From: a virus
Taxonomy: Duplodnaviria > Heunggongvirae > Uroviricota > Caudoviricetes
DNA length: 12,502 nt
Direction: 5' to 3' (one strand)
Virus record (IMG/VR): IMGVR_UViG_2541047430_000021
Both the position numbers and the translations under genes were made by a program. This document shows, piece by piece, positions 1 through 7,155 of the stretch (its first letter is position 1; every line of letters begins with the position of its first letter). The notes below the pieces were generated by a model. It was not told the origin of the DNA and ran no database searches. It saw only the letters and a list, made by a program, of their open reading frames with translations.

Positions 1-387
1 GTGGGCCCGTCGTCCGTCTGGCACCATCCATCACAGCGATAAAGGCTCTCAGTATGTGTCACTGGCCTATACGGAGCGACTAGAAGAAGCCGGATTACTG
101 GCATCAACAGGGAGTACAGGCGACTCGTATGACAACGCGATGGCTGAGAGCATCAATGGTCTTTACAAAGCGGAGGTAATACACCGTAAGAGCTGGAAAA
201 ACCGTGCAGAAGTGGAACTGGCCACACTAACGTGGGTGGACTGGTATAACAATCGACGATTGCTGGGAAGGCTGGGCCATACTCCTCCGGCAGAAGCAGA
301 AAAAGCTTATTATGCTTCCATCGGAAACGATGATCTGGCAGCCTGAGTTCACAGATAAAGCACTCTCCAGGAAACCCGGGGCGGTTC
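1..387 (+). mobile_element. IS3-family insertion sequence, right-hand portion (continues left of the window); right end approximately 385-390
   Basis: Transposase ORF ends at 346. The minus-strand rusA-like frame loses RusA-like sequence (DLDNILKAPLD then unrelated EPPRVSWRVLYL) at about 385-390, placing the IS/prophage junction there. The exact terminal inverted repeat cannot be confirmed without the left end. Confidence 0.65.
2..346 (+). CDS. IS3-family transposase (OrfB, DDE/integrase core), C-terminal part; 5' partial
   Basis: The frame is open from the window edge; translation WARRPSGTIHHSDKGSQYVSLAYTERLEEAGLLASTGSTGDSYDNAMAESINGLYKAEV... carries the HSD(K/R)GSQY and DxYDNA(x)AES motifs typical of IS3-family OrfB. 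Stop TGA at 344-346. Confidence 0.85.
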   Translation, partial: WARRPSGTIHHSDKGSQYVSLAYTERLEEAGLLASTGSTGDSYDNAMAESINGLYKAEVIHRKSWKNRAEVELATLTWVDWYNNRRLLGRLGHTPPAEAEKAYYASIGNDDLAA

Positions 388-624
388 ATCCAGTGGTGCT
401 TTCAGGATATTGTCCAGGTCACGACGGCGCTTATCCGGTGGCTCTGCAATAATCTTTATCACCAGCCTTCCGGACAGGTTTAATTTCAGCCGCTGCTGGC
501 GAACAATAAGTGCCACATCCCGGCGATAACGCTCACCGGCTTTTGATACAAAATATGTGCAGCCACGACGTCGCCAGTAGGTGTTCACCGTCGGCGGGTA
601 AGGCAAAACAAACACTATACGCAT
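349..624 (-). pseudogene. rusA: rusA-like Holliday junction resolvase, 3'-truncated by the IS insertion
   Basis: ATG at 624-622 with GAGG SD 7 nt upstream. N-terminal ~79 aa (LPYPPTVNTYWRRRG..., PDKRRRDLDNILKAPLD) resemble E. coli RusA (LPWPPSNNRYYR..., PDRRRRDLDNLQKAAFD); the last ~12 codons are IS-derived. Confidence 0.75.
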
Positions 625-636
625 CAGTAACCTCTT

Positions 637-1686
637 TTACCCGAGCACGCCGGTTGCAAAGGCGTGATCAAGAAAACGAAAAATTAAATCAACCTGGGAA
701 CCATGCTTTTCTTCGAACGCCAGCGGATCCGCATGAAGCTCGTTGTGATGCTCCCGACACAGCGGTAGCGTGAAAATATCGTGGGATTTTGTTCCCATTC
801 CGCCCTGACCATGACCAATCAGATGATGAGGATCGTCCGCTGGCTTACCACAACACGCACACGGCTGTGTCTTTACCCAGCGTGTGTATTTCTCATTTAC
901 CCAGCGGCGACGTTTAGGTCGTTTCATGAAGGATTCCGGAGACTCCGGATCAACGGCAATGCTGACCACCGTCTTTTCCTGTGGTGGGTTCTGTTGCTGG
1001 TGGGTGTGAGGCGGTAGCGCAATATTTTTTGTGCGCTGCTTCAGTACGCTGGTGGCGGTCTGTTCTCCCGGTATGATGTCGCTTTCACGGTATACGGAGC
1101 GGATTTTTTCCGCACGCAACCCCAGCGAACGACGTAATACCGCTTCCGGTAGCGCGTCCGCCACCTGATTGCGGACCGCCCACCAGGATAATTCAGCCAG
1201 AGATAATTCACGCTCCTGTGCGCCATTCATTGCGTGACGGATGATGTCAATCATCCAGGCGGCCAGATTCTGTTGAGCAAGTTGATCCAGTGAATCAGAT
1301 GTCTGCTCCCGCAGCTGGTTGTCGCAGTGCCAGCACAACACCATCGCGCCGGTACCGTAACGGTGAATGACGGTTTCGCTGTGATGATAATCACCGTGTA
1401 GCCACTGGCAGGATTTCACGTGACGTAATAACCAGTCAGACAGTGCACCAGCGCCACCCGCAGCACGGATCACCCGCTCATCGCTGAAAAATGGCAGTAG
1501 TGATTTATCTTCCGCCAGCGGCTGGTGAACGGCAGGTACAACCCCGGACGGCAGAGCTCGCATGCTTTTTGGTTCCGGCTCCACCAGTATTCTGCCGTTA
1601 TGGAATGCTGACATTGATTCACGGCCTGGCTTAACGATAACCAGACCGAGTTCCGGTACCAGAACAGGTCGAAGTAATACCCGCAC
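637..1686 (-). CDS. DUF968/YdfU-like prophage protein with C-terminal HNH-like zinc-finger motif
   Basis: 349-codon ORF, GTG start at 1686-1684 with GGAGG SD (1691-1695 on plus). C-terminus CACCGKPADDPHHL...LCREHHNELHAD resembles an HNH signature. Position upstream of rusA matches the ydfU position in Qin-type prophages (from memory). Confidence 0.7.
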   Translation of the reverse strand: MRVLLRPVLVPELGLVIVKPGRESMSAFHNGRILVEPEPKSMRALPSGVVPAVHQPLAEDKSLLPFFSDERVIRAAGGAGALSDWLLRHVKSCQWLHGDYHHSETVIHRYGTGAMVLCWHCDNQLREQTSDSLDQLAQQNLAAWMIDIIRHAMNGAQERELSLAELSWWAVRNQVADALPEAVLRRSLGLRAEKIRSVYRESDIIPGEQTATSVLKQRTKNIALPPHTHQQQNPPQEKTVVSIAVDPESPESFMKRPKRRRWVNEKYTRWVKTQPCACCGKPADDPHHLIGHGQGGMGTKSHDIFTLPLCREHHNELHADPLAFEEKHGSQVDLIFRFLDHAFATGVLG

Positions 1687-1687
1687 A

Positions 1688-1966
1688 TTACCTCCAGATC
1701 CGTTGCTGGAATGTGCGGGACGGACGCGGTGGCCGTTCGGAGTAAGGGAGCCTGACGGAGATTATCCAGTGACGGTAGTCGAGGCTAAGGGCTTTTTTAA
1801 CCTCGCATCCGCGCCTGCGGTAACACTGAATGAGCCATTCGGCCTGTTCTTCAGTGCATGGGGGATGCTGGTACCAGTCAGATTTGAATGCGTAAAAACA
1901 CCGTCCGCGCCTGCTGGCAAAGACGGCAGAATCATCAGAATTGTATAATTTGGTATCGTGCGCCAT
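1688..1966 (-). CDS. hypothetical prophage protein (92 aa), coupled to the downstream DUF968 gene
   Basis: ATG at 1966-1964; stop TAA at 1690-1688 lies 1 nt before the next gene's GTG. The longer TTG-initiated ORF (to 2047) would begin inside the hok terminator hairpin and is not favoured. Confidence 0.5.
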   Translation of the reverse strand: MAHDTKLYNSDDSAVFASRRGRCFYAFKSDWYQHPPCTEEQAEWLIQCYRRRGCEVKKALSLDYRHWIISVRLPYSERPPRPSRTFQQRIWR

Positions 1967-2035
1967 CGGTTGTCTCTGCTGGCGCAGCAGGTGCCAGTTG
2001 TTCAGGCTGGCGTGCGAATTGTAAACCAGAATGCC

Positions 2036-2063
2036 AGGAAAAAACAAAACCCGCCGAAGCGGG
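2036..2063 (-). terminator. Rho-independent terminator of the hok transcript
   Basis: On the minus strand: CCCGC-UUCG-GCGGG hairpin (plus 2050-2063) followed by UUUUGUUUUUU (plus 2036-2049), about 70 nt after the hok stop. Confidence 0.75.
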
Positions 2064-2133
2064 TTAAGTGCGGGTGCGTTGAGGATGCCTGATTCATCAG
2101 AGGTGGCGAGGGATTTCTCCCTCGCCGGGTCTC

Positions 2134-2289
2134 TTACTCCTCAGGTTCGTAAGCTGTGAAGACAGCGACCTCCGTCTGGCCGGTTCGGATTCGTACCTCG
2201 CAGAGGTCTTTCCTCGTTACCAGTGCCGTCACTATGACGGTAATACAGATGACGATCAGGGCGATTAACATCGCCTTTTGCTGCTTCAT
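2134..2289 (-). CDS. hok: Hok-family type I toxin (51 aa membrane peptide)
   Basis: Translation MKQQKAMLIALIVICITVIVTALVTRKDLCEVRIRTGQTEVAVFTAYEPEE is near-identical to HokD/RelF as I recall it. AGGAG SD 9 nt upstream of ATG at 2289-2287. An in-frame upstream ATG at 2346 with its own GAGG SD could be a mok-like start. Confidence 0.9.
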   Translation of the reverse strand: MKQQKAMLIALIVICITVIVTALVTRKDLCEVRIRTGQTEVAVFTAYEPEE

Positions 2290-2338
2290 AGCCTGCTTCT
2301 CCTTGCCTTTCGGCGCGTAAGAGGCTAACCTACATGTG

Positions 2339-2410
2339 TCTAGCATGAAATTGGCCTCAGATTAATGTTAGGCGTCTTGCAGGACGCGTAATGTTAACTG
2401 GGGCTTTTCT
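2339..2410 (+). ncRNA. putative Sok-like antisense RNA (hypothesis)
   Basis: Plus-strand region antisense to the SD and ATG at 2346-2362. Candidate promoter TTGCCT(2304-2309)-17 nt-TAACCT(2327-2332). Hairpins at 2372-2387 (GCGTC-TTGCAG-GACGC) and CCUCAG...CUGGGG, followed by a U-rich tail CUUUUCUCU. Boundaries are inferred, not measured. Confidence 0.3.
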
Positions 2411-2464
2411 CTGTCTGCCTTACGGTGGCATGCCCGAGGCAGACAGCCTCAAGCACCCGCAGCA

Positions 2465-2492
2465 ATTCTACTTAACTCTCGCTTTACCGCAA
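2465..2492 (-). promoter_or_regulatory. putative sigma70 promoter of the hok mRNA
   Basis: Minus strand: -35 TTGCGG (plus 2487-2492), 16-nt spacer, -10 TAGAAT (plus 2465-2470). Predicted start near 2457 gives a ~410-nt transcript ending at the terminator. Confidence 0.45.
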
Positions 2493-2534
2493 ACCGTTTT
2501 TACCCGATATGGGAATTCCCATATCGTAATGAAT

Positions 2535-2639
2535 TCAGTTCCCTAGTCGATCCATCAAAAACACAACCAGGCAGTAAACGCCCACAACAGCAATAACAGC
2601 CAGCGCACCTTCCATTGCCAGTGAAATATCATCCGACAT
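2535..2639 (-). CDS. small hydrophobic peptide (34 aa, single predicted transmembrane helix)
   Basis: ATG at 2639-2637 preceded by AAAGGAGGG SD; translation MSDDISLAMEGALAVIAVVGVYCLVVFLMDRLGN. Below the ORF-track size cutoff. Confidence 0.45.
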   Translation of the reverse strand: MSDDISLAMEGALAVIAVVGVYCLVVFLMDRLGN

Positions 2640-2754
2640 ATTCCCTCCTTTGGTGTGAATCCCGGCGAACGTTTTTACCCCCACCGACAAATAACATATA
2701 CTAAAAAATCAATAGCTATAGCAACGCCTGTAATTGCAAAGGCTTCAGGCCAGA

Positions 2755-3399
2755 TCATTGGCGCACCTCCTGCGGCGGTTCTGGTAGCGGCATCCAGTCG
2801 GTTACATTGCGGCTCTGTGTTTCGAAAAATTCATCACCATTACGGACTACATCAAAAAACTCACCGTCTCGATATTGCGCATAAAGAACGAATGCGCCAT
2901 CACATAAAATAATTACGTGCTGACCATCATCCGGCATTCGCTCACTACAGCTTATCCAATCATCCAGAGTTACCGGATAGTTGGTTGACGTTTCCGAGAT
3001 TTCCCGAAAATTATTGGTTGACGAACCCTTTTTTTCCCGAAAGTTTCCAGCCTGAAGCATGGCGGCGCTGTCTGGCGGGGCAGCATATAGCGGCACGTAT
3101 ATTTCCGGTTCCTTATCAGCACCGGGTTGCTCTTCCAGTGAGAATGTCTTTCCGGTAAATCGATTCATATAAAGCACGGGCTCTGCTTCCAGCGAAGCCT
3201 GAGCAACAAGGGCCAGTGCTAAATCCAACTCAATTGCCTCGAGAGAATTTTTGAATGCTGTCTGTTTTACTGCAAATTTCATCGCCTTTACATTTTCACT
3301 AACATGACTGATTAACTGCTCTTTTGTAAAAGTGGTCATCTCATTCTCCTTTGATGCGAATGCCAGCGACAATTGAAGCCTGATAGCTAATTCACTCAC
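2755..3399 (-). CDS. DUF551-like prophage protein
   Basis: C-terminal W/P-rich region (DDWISCSERMPDDGQHVIILC...WMPLPEPP) resembles DUF551. GTG at 3399 overlaps the upstream stop (GTGA) with an AGGAGG SD; an alternative ATG at 3339 has an AAGGAG SD (194 aa). Confidence 0.65.
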   Translation of the reverse strand: MSELAIRLQLSLAFASKENEMTTFTKEQLISHVSENVKAMKFAVKQTAFKNSLEAIELDLALALVAQASLEAEPVLYMNRFTGKTFSLEEQPGADKEPEIYVPLYAAPPDSAAMLQAGNFREKKGSSTNNFREISETSTNYPVTLDDWISCSERMPDDGQHVIILCDGAFVLYAQYRDGEFFDVVRNGDEFFETQSRNVTDWMPLPEPPQEVRQ

Positions 3400-3791
3400 A
3401 GTACCGCCTCCTGAAAATTGCCCTGATAGAACGCCAGTACACGCAGCATAACTTCACTCTTCCGGCACTCGCCACAGATTATGTTCTGTTGTCTGTCGTA
3501 GCGGCGTATTTCTCCGTCTGGTAACTTTCGAATCAATGTCTGGTCGGTTGCTTTCTCCGCTGCCTTACGCCATACGCGATACACCTGTTCTGATGTAAAA
3601 ACACCGTATTTACCGGGCATGTATAAATCGCCACAAGCCAGTACATCCACAAGGCAACGTCTGACTGAATGCCAGCCTGCTCCCGTCGCTCTCTCCAGTT
3701 GTGATATCGTCATGCGTTCATTTTTGCGTACCAGCCCGATAATTCGGGCCTTCAGTTCTTCACGCTGTTCGTGTGTAAAAGGTTTCGCCAT
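3396..3791 (-). CDS. hypothetical prophage protein (131 aa) with HTH-like segment and CxxC motif
   Basis: ATG at 3791-3789 with GGAGG SD; translation contains MTISQLERATGAGWHSVRRCL and ICGEC. Confidence 0.65.
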   Translation of the reverse strand: MAKPFTHEQREELKARIIGLVRKNERMTISQLERATGAGWHSVRRCLVDVLACGDLYMPGKYGVFTSEQVYRVWRKAAEKATDQTLIRKLPDGEIRRYDRQQNIICGECRKSEVMLRVLAFYQGNFQEAVL

Positions 3792-3806
3792 AAGCGCCTC
3801 CGGCTA

Positions 3807-4576
3807 TCACTTTTCCGATACAACACGGCGGGAAGAATCAGTAATCTGTCGAACAATATCCCGGTGCTTGTTCAGCTCCCGCAGCGCGGCGCAGACTCGC
3901 TCCCACTTCTGAACATCACTTTTCGCCCTGCGCAGCGCCAGGTTTGCCCTGCGCAGGGACGGAAAAATCAGCTCATCTGCTTGCGTTTCGGTAAACGATG
4001 GCAACGGCTGCACAATGTCCGCCACAGTTTCTGTTTTAATTTCTTCCTGTGTTGCGGCTTCCCGGACTGGTAACGCAGCACCTGCTGGCTGAGGAAAGGC
4101 CTTACCATCATTTTTCGTTACCGGCGCGGCTTTCGGATCTGCTGGTAAATTACCCCCCGACATGCAGTAACGAAATTTACCGTTCTGATTAACGCGTGCC
4201 AGCCGCCCCGTTGCGGTTACCACCGCCAGCGTGGAAGCAACCTTGCGAGTACTGACGCCGAACTTACCCGCCAGTTCCTCACACGTTTTAGCACCATCCT
4301 GACCGATAAACTCAACCATCATGTCTGCGGTAACTTTTGGAGCGACCTCTTCGGTTACCACATCCGGCGCTTCAGGTTGTAGTGCCTGCCCTTCGGTTAC
4401 CCCGGCTTCACCTTCGACAGCCAGAAACCAGGTGTGACCCGTTTTATCAACAACGCCATTTTTTTGAGTTCCCACAGTTCGTTAAGAACTTCTTCACGGC
4501 TGATATCAAGCCGCGCCGCCAGTTCAACAGAATTGGCTTTTCCCATCGCTTTCAGTGCATGCAATACAGTTTCCAT
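3807..4576 (-). pseudogene. tandem winged-helix protein gene split by a frameshift at an A7 homopolymer
   Basis: Frame A: ATG 4576 (GAGGT SD), [39 protein letters not shown]..., stop after 59 aa at 4397. Frame B (-1) continues [14 protein letters not shown]... to 3807. The junction is the A7 run (plus 4459-4465). The second domain (VEFIGQDGAKTCEELAGKFGVSTRKVASTL...NQNGKFRY) repeats the pattern of the first across the shift. Confidence 0.6.
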
Positions 4577-4601
4577 CGAAAATTTACCTCGTCAAAAATT
4601 C

Positions 4602-5342
4602 TCACATACCCTGACGTCCAACGTTTGACCGCCAGCTCTCCCAGTTAAAATTCACCCAACGACCACCATTCATGGTCATACGGTCCATCACCCGATCTCC
4701 GAGGAGTGTGCTCATCGCTGCGTGATTCAGGTTCGTCAGCATTCCGACACTACGCATCGAAGCCGTTCTGCGGTCGACTATCTGGTTCAGCGTGACCTGC
4801 TCGTTGCGCGTATCCCGCTGCATGCCAATTTCATCAAGGACCAGAAGGTCAACTCCACAAAGCTCCTGTAAAAATTTTTCCCCGGACTGGCCGTTGTCGT
4901 AGCCGTCATGCAACACGCTCATGACATCGGACACGGTGACGATAATCACGCTTCTCCCCTTCGCCATCAGCCGATTGCCAATCGCTGCTGCCAGGTGATT
5001 TTTACCGGTACCAGGTTTACCGCTGAACACGAAGTTTGTACATCCGGTCATCAATTCATCGGCAATGGATTTCGCCTGGCTCAGAGCATGGCGCTGACCG
5101 TCGTTCTGCACCCGGTAGTTCCCGAATGAGCACTTCCTGTGAAGCGGCTGGATGCCCGCACGGTTCAGGATTTTTTCAACCCGCACCTGATGATTCAGGC
5201 GGTTAATCTCCTCGCTGCGTTTTCGTCCTTCAGCAAGTTGCCATTCCCGCCACTCCTCCACCGTCCGGTACGGTGGAACCGCCCCCTGTGGTGCAAGTCT
5301 GCGAATACGTTCAAGAACCCCAACTGCCGCAATGTTTTTCAT
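4602..5342 (-). CDS. DnaC/IstB-like AAA+ helicase loader (phage replication protein, YdaV-like)
   Basis: Walker A GKPGTGKNHLAAA and Walker B LLVLDEIG. ATG at 5342-5340 with GGGGGTGA SD. The 246-aa length matches Rac YdaV (from memory). Confidence 0.9.
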   Translation of the reverse strand: MKNIAAVGVLERIRRLAPQGAVPPYRTVEEWREWQLAEGRKRSEEINRLNHQVRVEKILNRAGIQPLHRKCSFGNYRVQNDGQRHALSQAKSIADELMTGCTNFVFSGKPGTGKNHLAAAIGNRLMAKGRSVIIVTVSDVMSVLHDGYDNGQSGEKFLQELCGVDLLVLDEIGMQRDTRNEQVTLNQIVDRRTASMRSVGMLTNLNHAAMSTLLGDRVMDRMTMNGGRWVNFNWESWRSNVGRQGM

Positions 5343-5348
5343 GACACG

Positions 5349-6311
5349 TCACCCCCTGAATCCCGGCGGTATTTCAGTGTCCGGTTCAGAAATGTGATTC
5401 ACGCAACGCTGCGCGGGCGAACGCCCCAGGCGGATAACCAGTTCATCCCATTTTTCCCGGAGTTTTGCCGGACTCATGATGTTTTTTACCCAGAACGAAT
5501 CCCGCTGGAGACGCCCAAACATTTCACAAATTTGTCTGTGAGTTCTGCCATCCAGCATCCGCATTGTCCGCACGTCATTGGCCCATGCAGTCCAGTTGGG
5601 TTCTTTCGGTCTCGTGATCTCGCCATCATCGCTGGCCGCCTGCTCGTAAAGACTCACGATTCGTCCCCAGATCCACTGTGCGCACACCAAATCTTCCTGA
5701 CTTCCCCACTGGCGTTTTTTCGCACTGAACACAACCGCGTCAGGGTGTCGGGTTAAAAAATTCTGTTCAGCCGTCTGCGGGTCCGGTTGCGAAGCGTCCG
5801 GACAAGAAGATCTTTTATCTGACGGATCAGGTTTTAATACTGACGGATCGGGGTCAATCATCGCCCCCCTAATCGGCAGTTTGTTATCAACAGTTGATCC
5901 ATCAAAATTTGACGGGTCAACCGTTGAGGGGGCAATATTTGACGGGTCAACTGTTAACGGGTCATTTTTTGCCGGGCTAATTTTTCTTTTCGGTTTATAT
6001 GACTCACGCGCCGCCGCAGCAGCTGCTTCGAGTTTTTCCACATTAAGCCGATAGATATTGCTTACATTACGCCCACCGACCTTACGCTCTTCCTTCGTCA
6101 GCCAGCCCTCTTTCGCCAGTTCTGCAATAGCCGATTTCACTGTGGATTCACTTCTTGCACCGATCTGACGCCGGATAGTTTCAATGGCAGGCCATGACAC
6201 GCCCTCGTCATTGCTGTAGTCTGCAAGACGGGCCATAACCGCCACCCTGGATAAGATCATGCCGGTGAAGGCGCACCCTTCCCAGACAAGACCATGAAGC
6301 TTGCTGCTCAT
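5349..6311 (-). CDS. replication initiator (O-like/YdaU-like) with N-terminal winged-helix domain
   Basis: N-terminus LHGLVWEGCAFTGMILSRVAVMARLADYSNDEGVSWPAIETIRRQIG...AIAELAKEGWL is an HTH typical of phage replication initiators. Lies immediately upstream of the DnaC-like gene. ATG at 6311; alternative GTG at 6326. Confidence 0.8.
   Translation of the reverse strand: MSSKLHGLVWEGCAFTGMILSRVAVMARLADYSNDEGVSWPAIETIRRQIGARSESTVKSAIAELAKEGWLTKEERKVGGRNVSNIYRLNVEKLEAAAAAARESYKPKRKISPAKNDPLTVDPSNIAPSTVDPSNFDGSTVDNKLPIRGAMIDPDPSVLKPDPSDKRSSCPDASQPDPQTAEQNFLTRHPDAVVFSAKKRQWGSQEDLVCAQWIWGRIVSLYEQAASDDGEITRPKEPNWTAWANDVRTMRMLDGRTHRQICEMFGRLQRDSFWVKNIMSPAKLREKWDELVIRLGRSPAQRCVNHISEPDTEIPPGFRG
5820..5965. 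repeat. iteron-like direct repeats (putative prophage origin) inside the initiator gene
   Basis: TGACGGATCAG (5820-5830), TGACGGATCGG (5841-5851), TGACGGGTCAA (5910-5920), TGACGGGTCAA (5940-5950), AACGGGTCAT (5956-5965); an AT-rich stretch follows at 5962-6000. They encode the repeated peptide DPLTVDPSNIAPSTVDPSNFDGSTVD. Confidence 0.55.
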
Positions 6312-6333
6312 AAAACCCCCGAACACCGTGCTT

Positions 6334-6759
6334 TTAGTGCATCACCACAGCATTCCCTGCCGGGCCGCCGCGATTCATCTGGTCATACAAAACAACCGCT
6401 GACGCAACAAAATCATCGACATCCTTCACCAGCCGATCCCTCCGTTCGACGATCTCACGGTAATATTCAGAACTGTGGCTGCGCATACGGGCCACCAGCA
6501 AAGGCGGCATCGCCTTTTCGATCGCCGGTAACAGAGCCTGCATTTTTTCAACAGCATCAGGGGTGTCTTTATCCAGCCAACGGAAAATTTTCTGGGTATT
6601 ACGGGCCAGGGCTTCCGGATGGCTGTCGTCATACAGTTCCGGGAACGTCATTCCCAGCTCGAAATACGCTTTGGTAATTTTCGCAGCCGGTACTTTTTCG
6701 CCGTCCGGATGCGCCCAGACATTCATCGCCATGCGGATGTGTTCATGCTTGATTTTCAT
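6334..6759 (-). CDS. YdaT-like (CII-like) prophage regulator
   Basis: Begins MKIKHEHI..., as I recall Rac YdaT does; 141 aa. ATG at 6759 overlaps the upstream stop (ATGA); GGAG SD. Confidence 0.75.
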   Translation of the reverse strand: MKIKHEHIRMAMNVWAHPDGEKVPAAKITKAYFELGMTFPELYDDSHPEALARNTQKIFRWLDKDTPDAVEKMQALLPAIEKAMPPLLVARMRSHSSEYYREIVERRDRLVKDVDDFVASAVVLYDQMNRGGPAGNAVVMH

Positions 6760-7058
6760 GAATCAACTCCATCAGATAAGCATGCACTACAATCACCTTC
6801 AGCATGAACTACATGTGTTTGCCCCAAACGAATGCCGCTCGCATACTCAGGCCAAATAAGCTCCCAATCATGGGGTCGTAGCTCCGCCCTACTTACTTGG
6901 CCTTCCGTCGCAGATTCGATCATAAGGGCGCGGGTTGGAGATATAGCTGTTCGTCCAGACGCCATTTGCGATAAGTAAGATGGCGATACACCAAGTCTGG
7001 CCGCGAATTTCTTAGCATCACCAACCCTTAATGATTTAATAAACTCTTTTAATGTCAT
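6756..7058 (-). CDS. Cro-like HTH protein (YdaS-like), first gene of the early-right operon
   Basis: Translation MTLKEFIKSLRVGDAKKFAARLGVSPSYLSQMASGRTAIS... is a Cro/CI-type HTH. GAGGAAGG SD before ATG at 7058. Divergent from the regulator gene. Confidence 0.8.
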   Translation of the reverse strand: MTLKEFIKSLRVGDAKKFAARLGVSPSYLSQMASGRTAISPTRALMIESATEGQVSRAELRPHDWELIWPEYASGIRLGQTHVVHAEGDCSACLSDGVDS

Positions 7059-7064
7059 ACCTTC

Positions 7065-7150
7065 CTCGGTTTAGTGTTTTTTTGCGAGTTTAGTGTTTAA
7101 TAAACCATTAAGTCAAGTATTTGCTTGTTTAGTGATTACTAAAGATAATT
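7065..7150. promoter_or_regulatory. OR-like divergent promoter/operator region
   Basis: Minus-strand promoter: -35 TTGACT (plus 7111-7116), -10 TAAACT (about 7087-7092). Plus-strand promoter: -35 TTGCTT (7121-7126), 17 nt, -10 GATAAT (7144-7149). GTTTAGTG motifs at 7069, 7088 and 7127; near-palindromes GTTTAATAAAC (7094-7104) and TTTAGTGATTACTAAA (7128-7143). Confidence 0.5.
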
Positions 7151-7155
7151 ACCAC

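Noticed and set aside
153-1948. ORFs 153-389(-), 510-773(+), 781-1017(+), 1041-1226(-), 1470-1688(-), 1562-1948(+)
   Set aside because: Each overlaps, in another frame or antisense, the transposase, rusA, DUF968 or 92-aa genes, which have recognisable family features; none has a start context.
2289-2346. 70-aa N-terminally extended Hok as the main product
   Set aside because: The 51-aa Hok from ATG 2289 has the better SD (AGGAG, 9 nt) and matches the canonical length; the upstream ATG is treated as a possible mok-like start, not the primary CDS.
2290-2530. relBE toxin-antitoxin genes upstream of hok, as in the Qin relBE-hokD arrangement
   Set aside because: No ORF of RelE/RelB size or character exists between hok and the 34-aa ORF; the space is taken by the putative hok leader and promoter.
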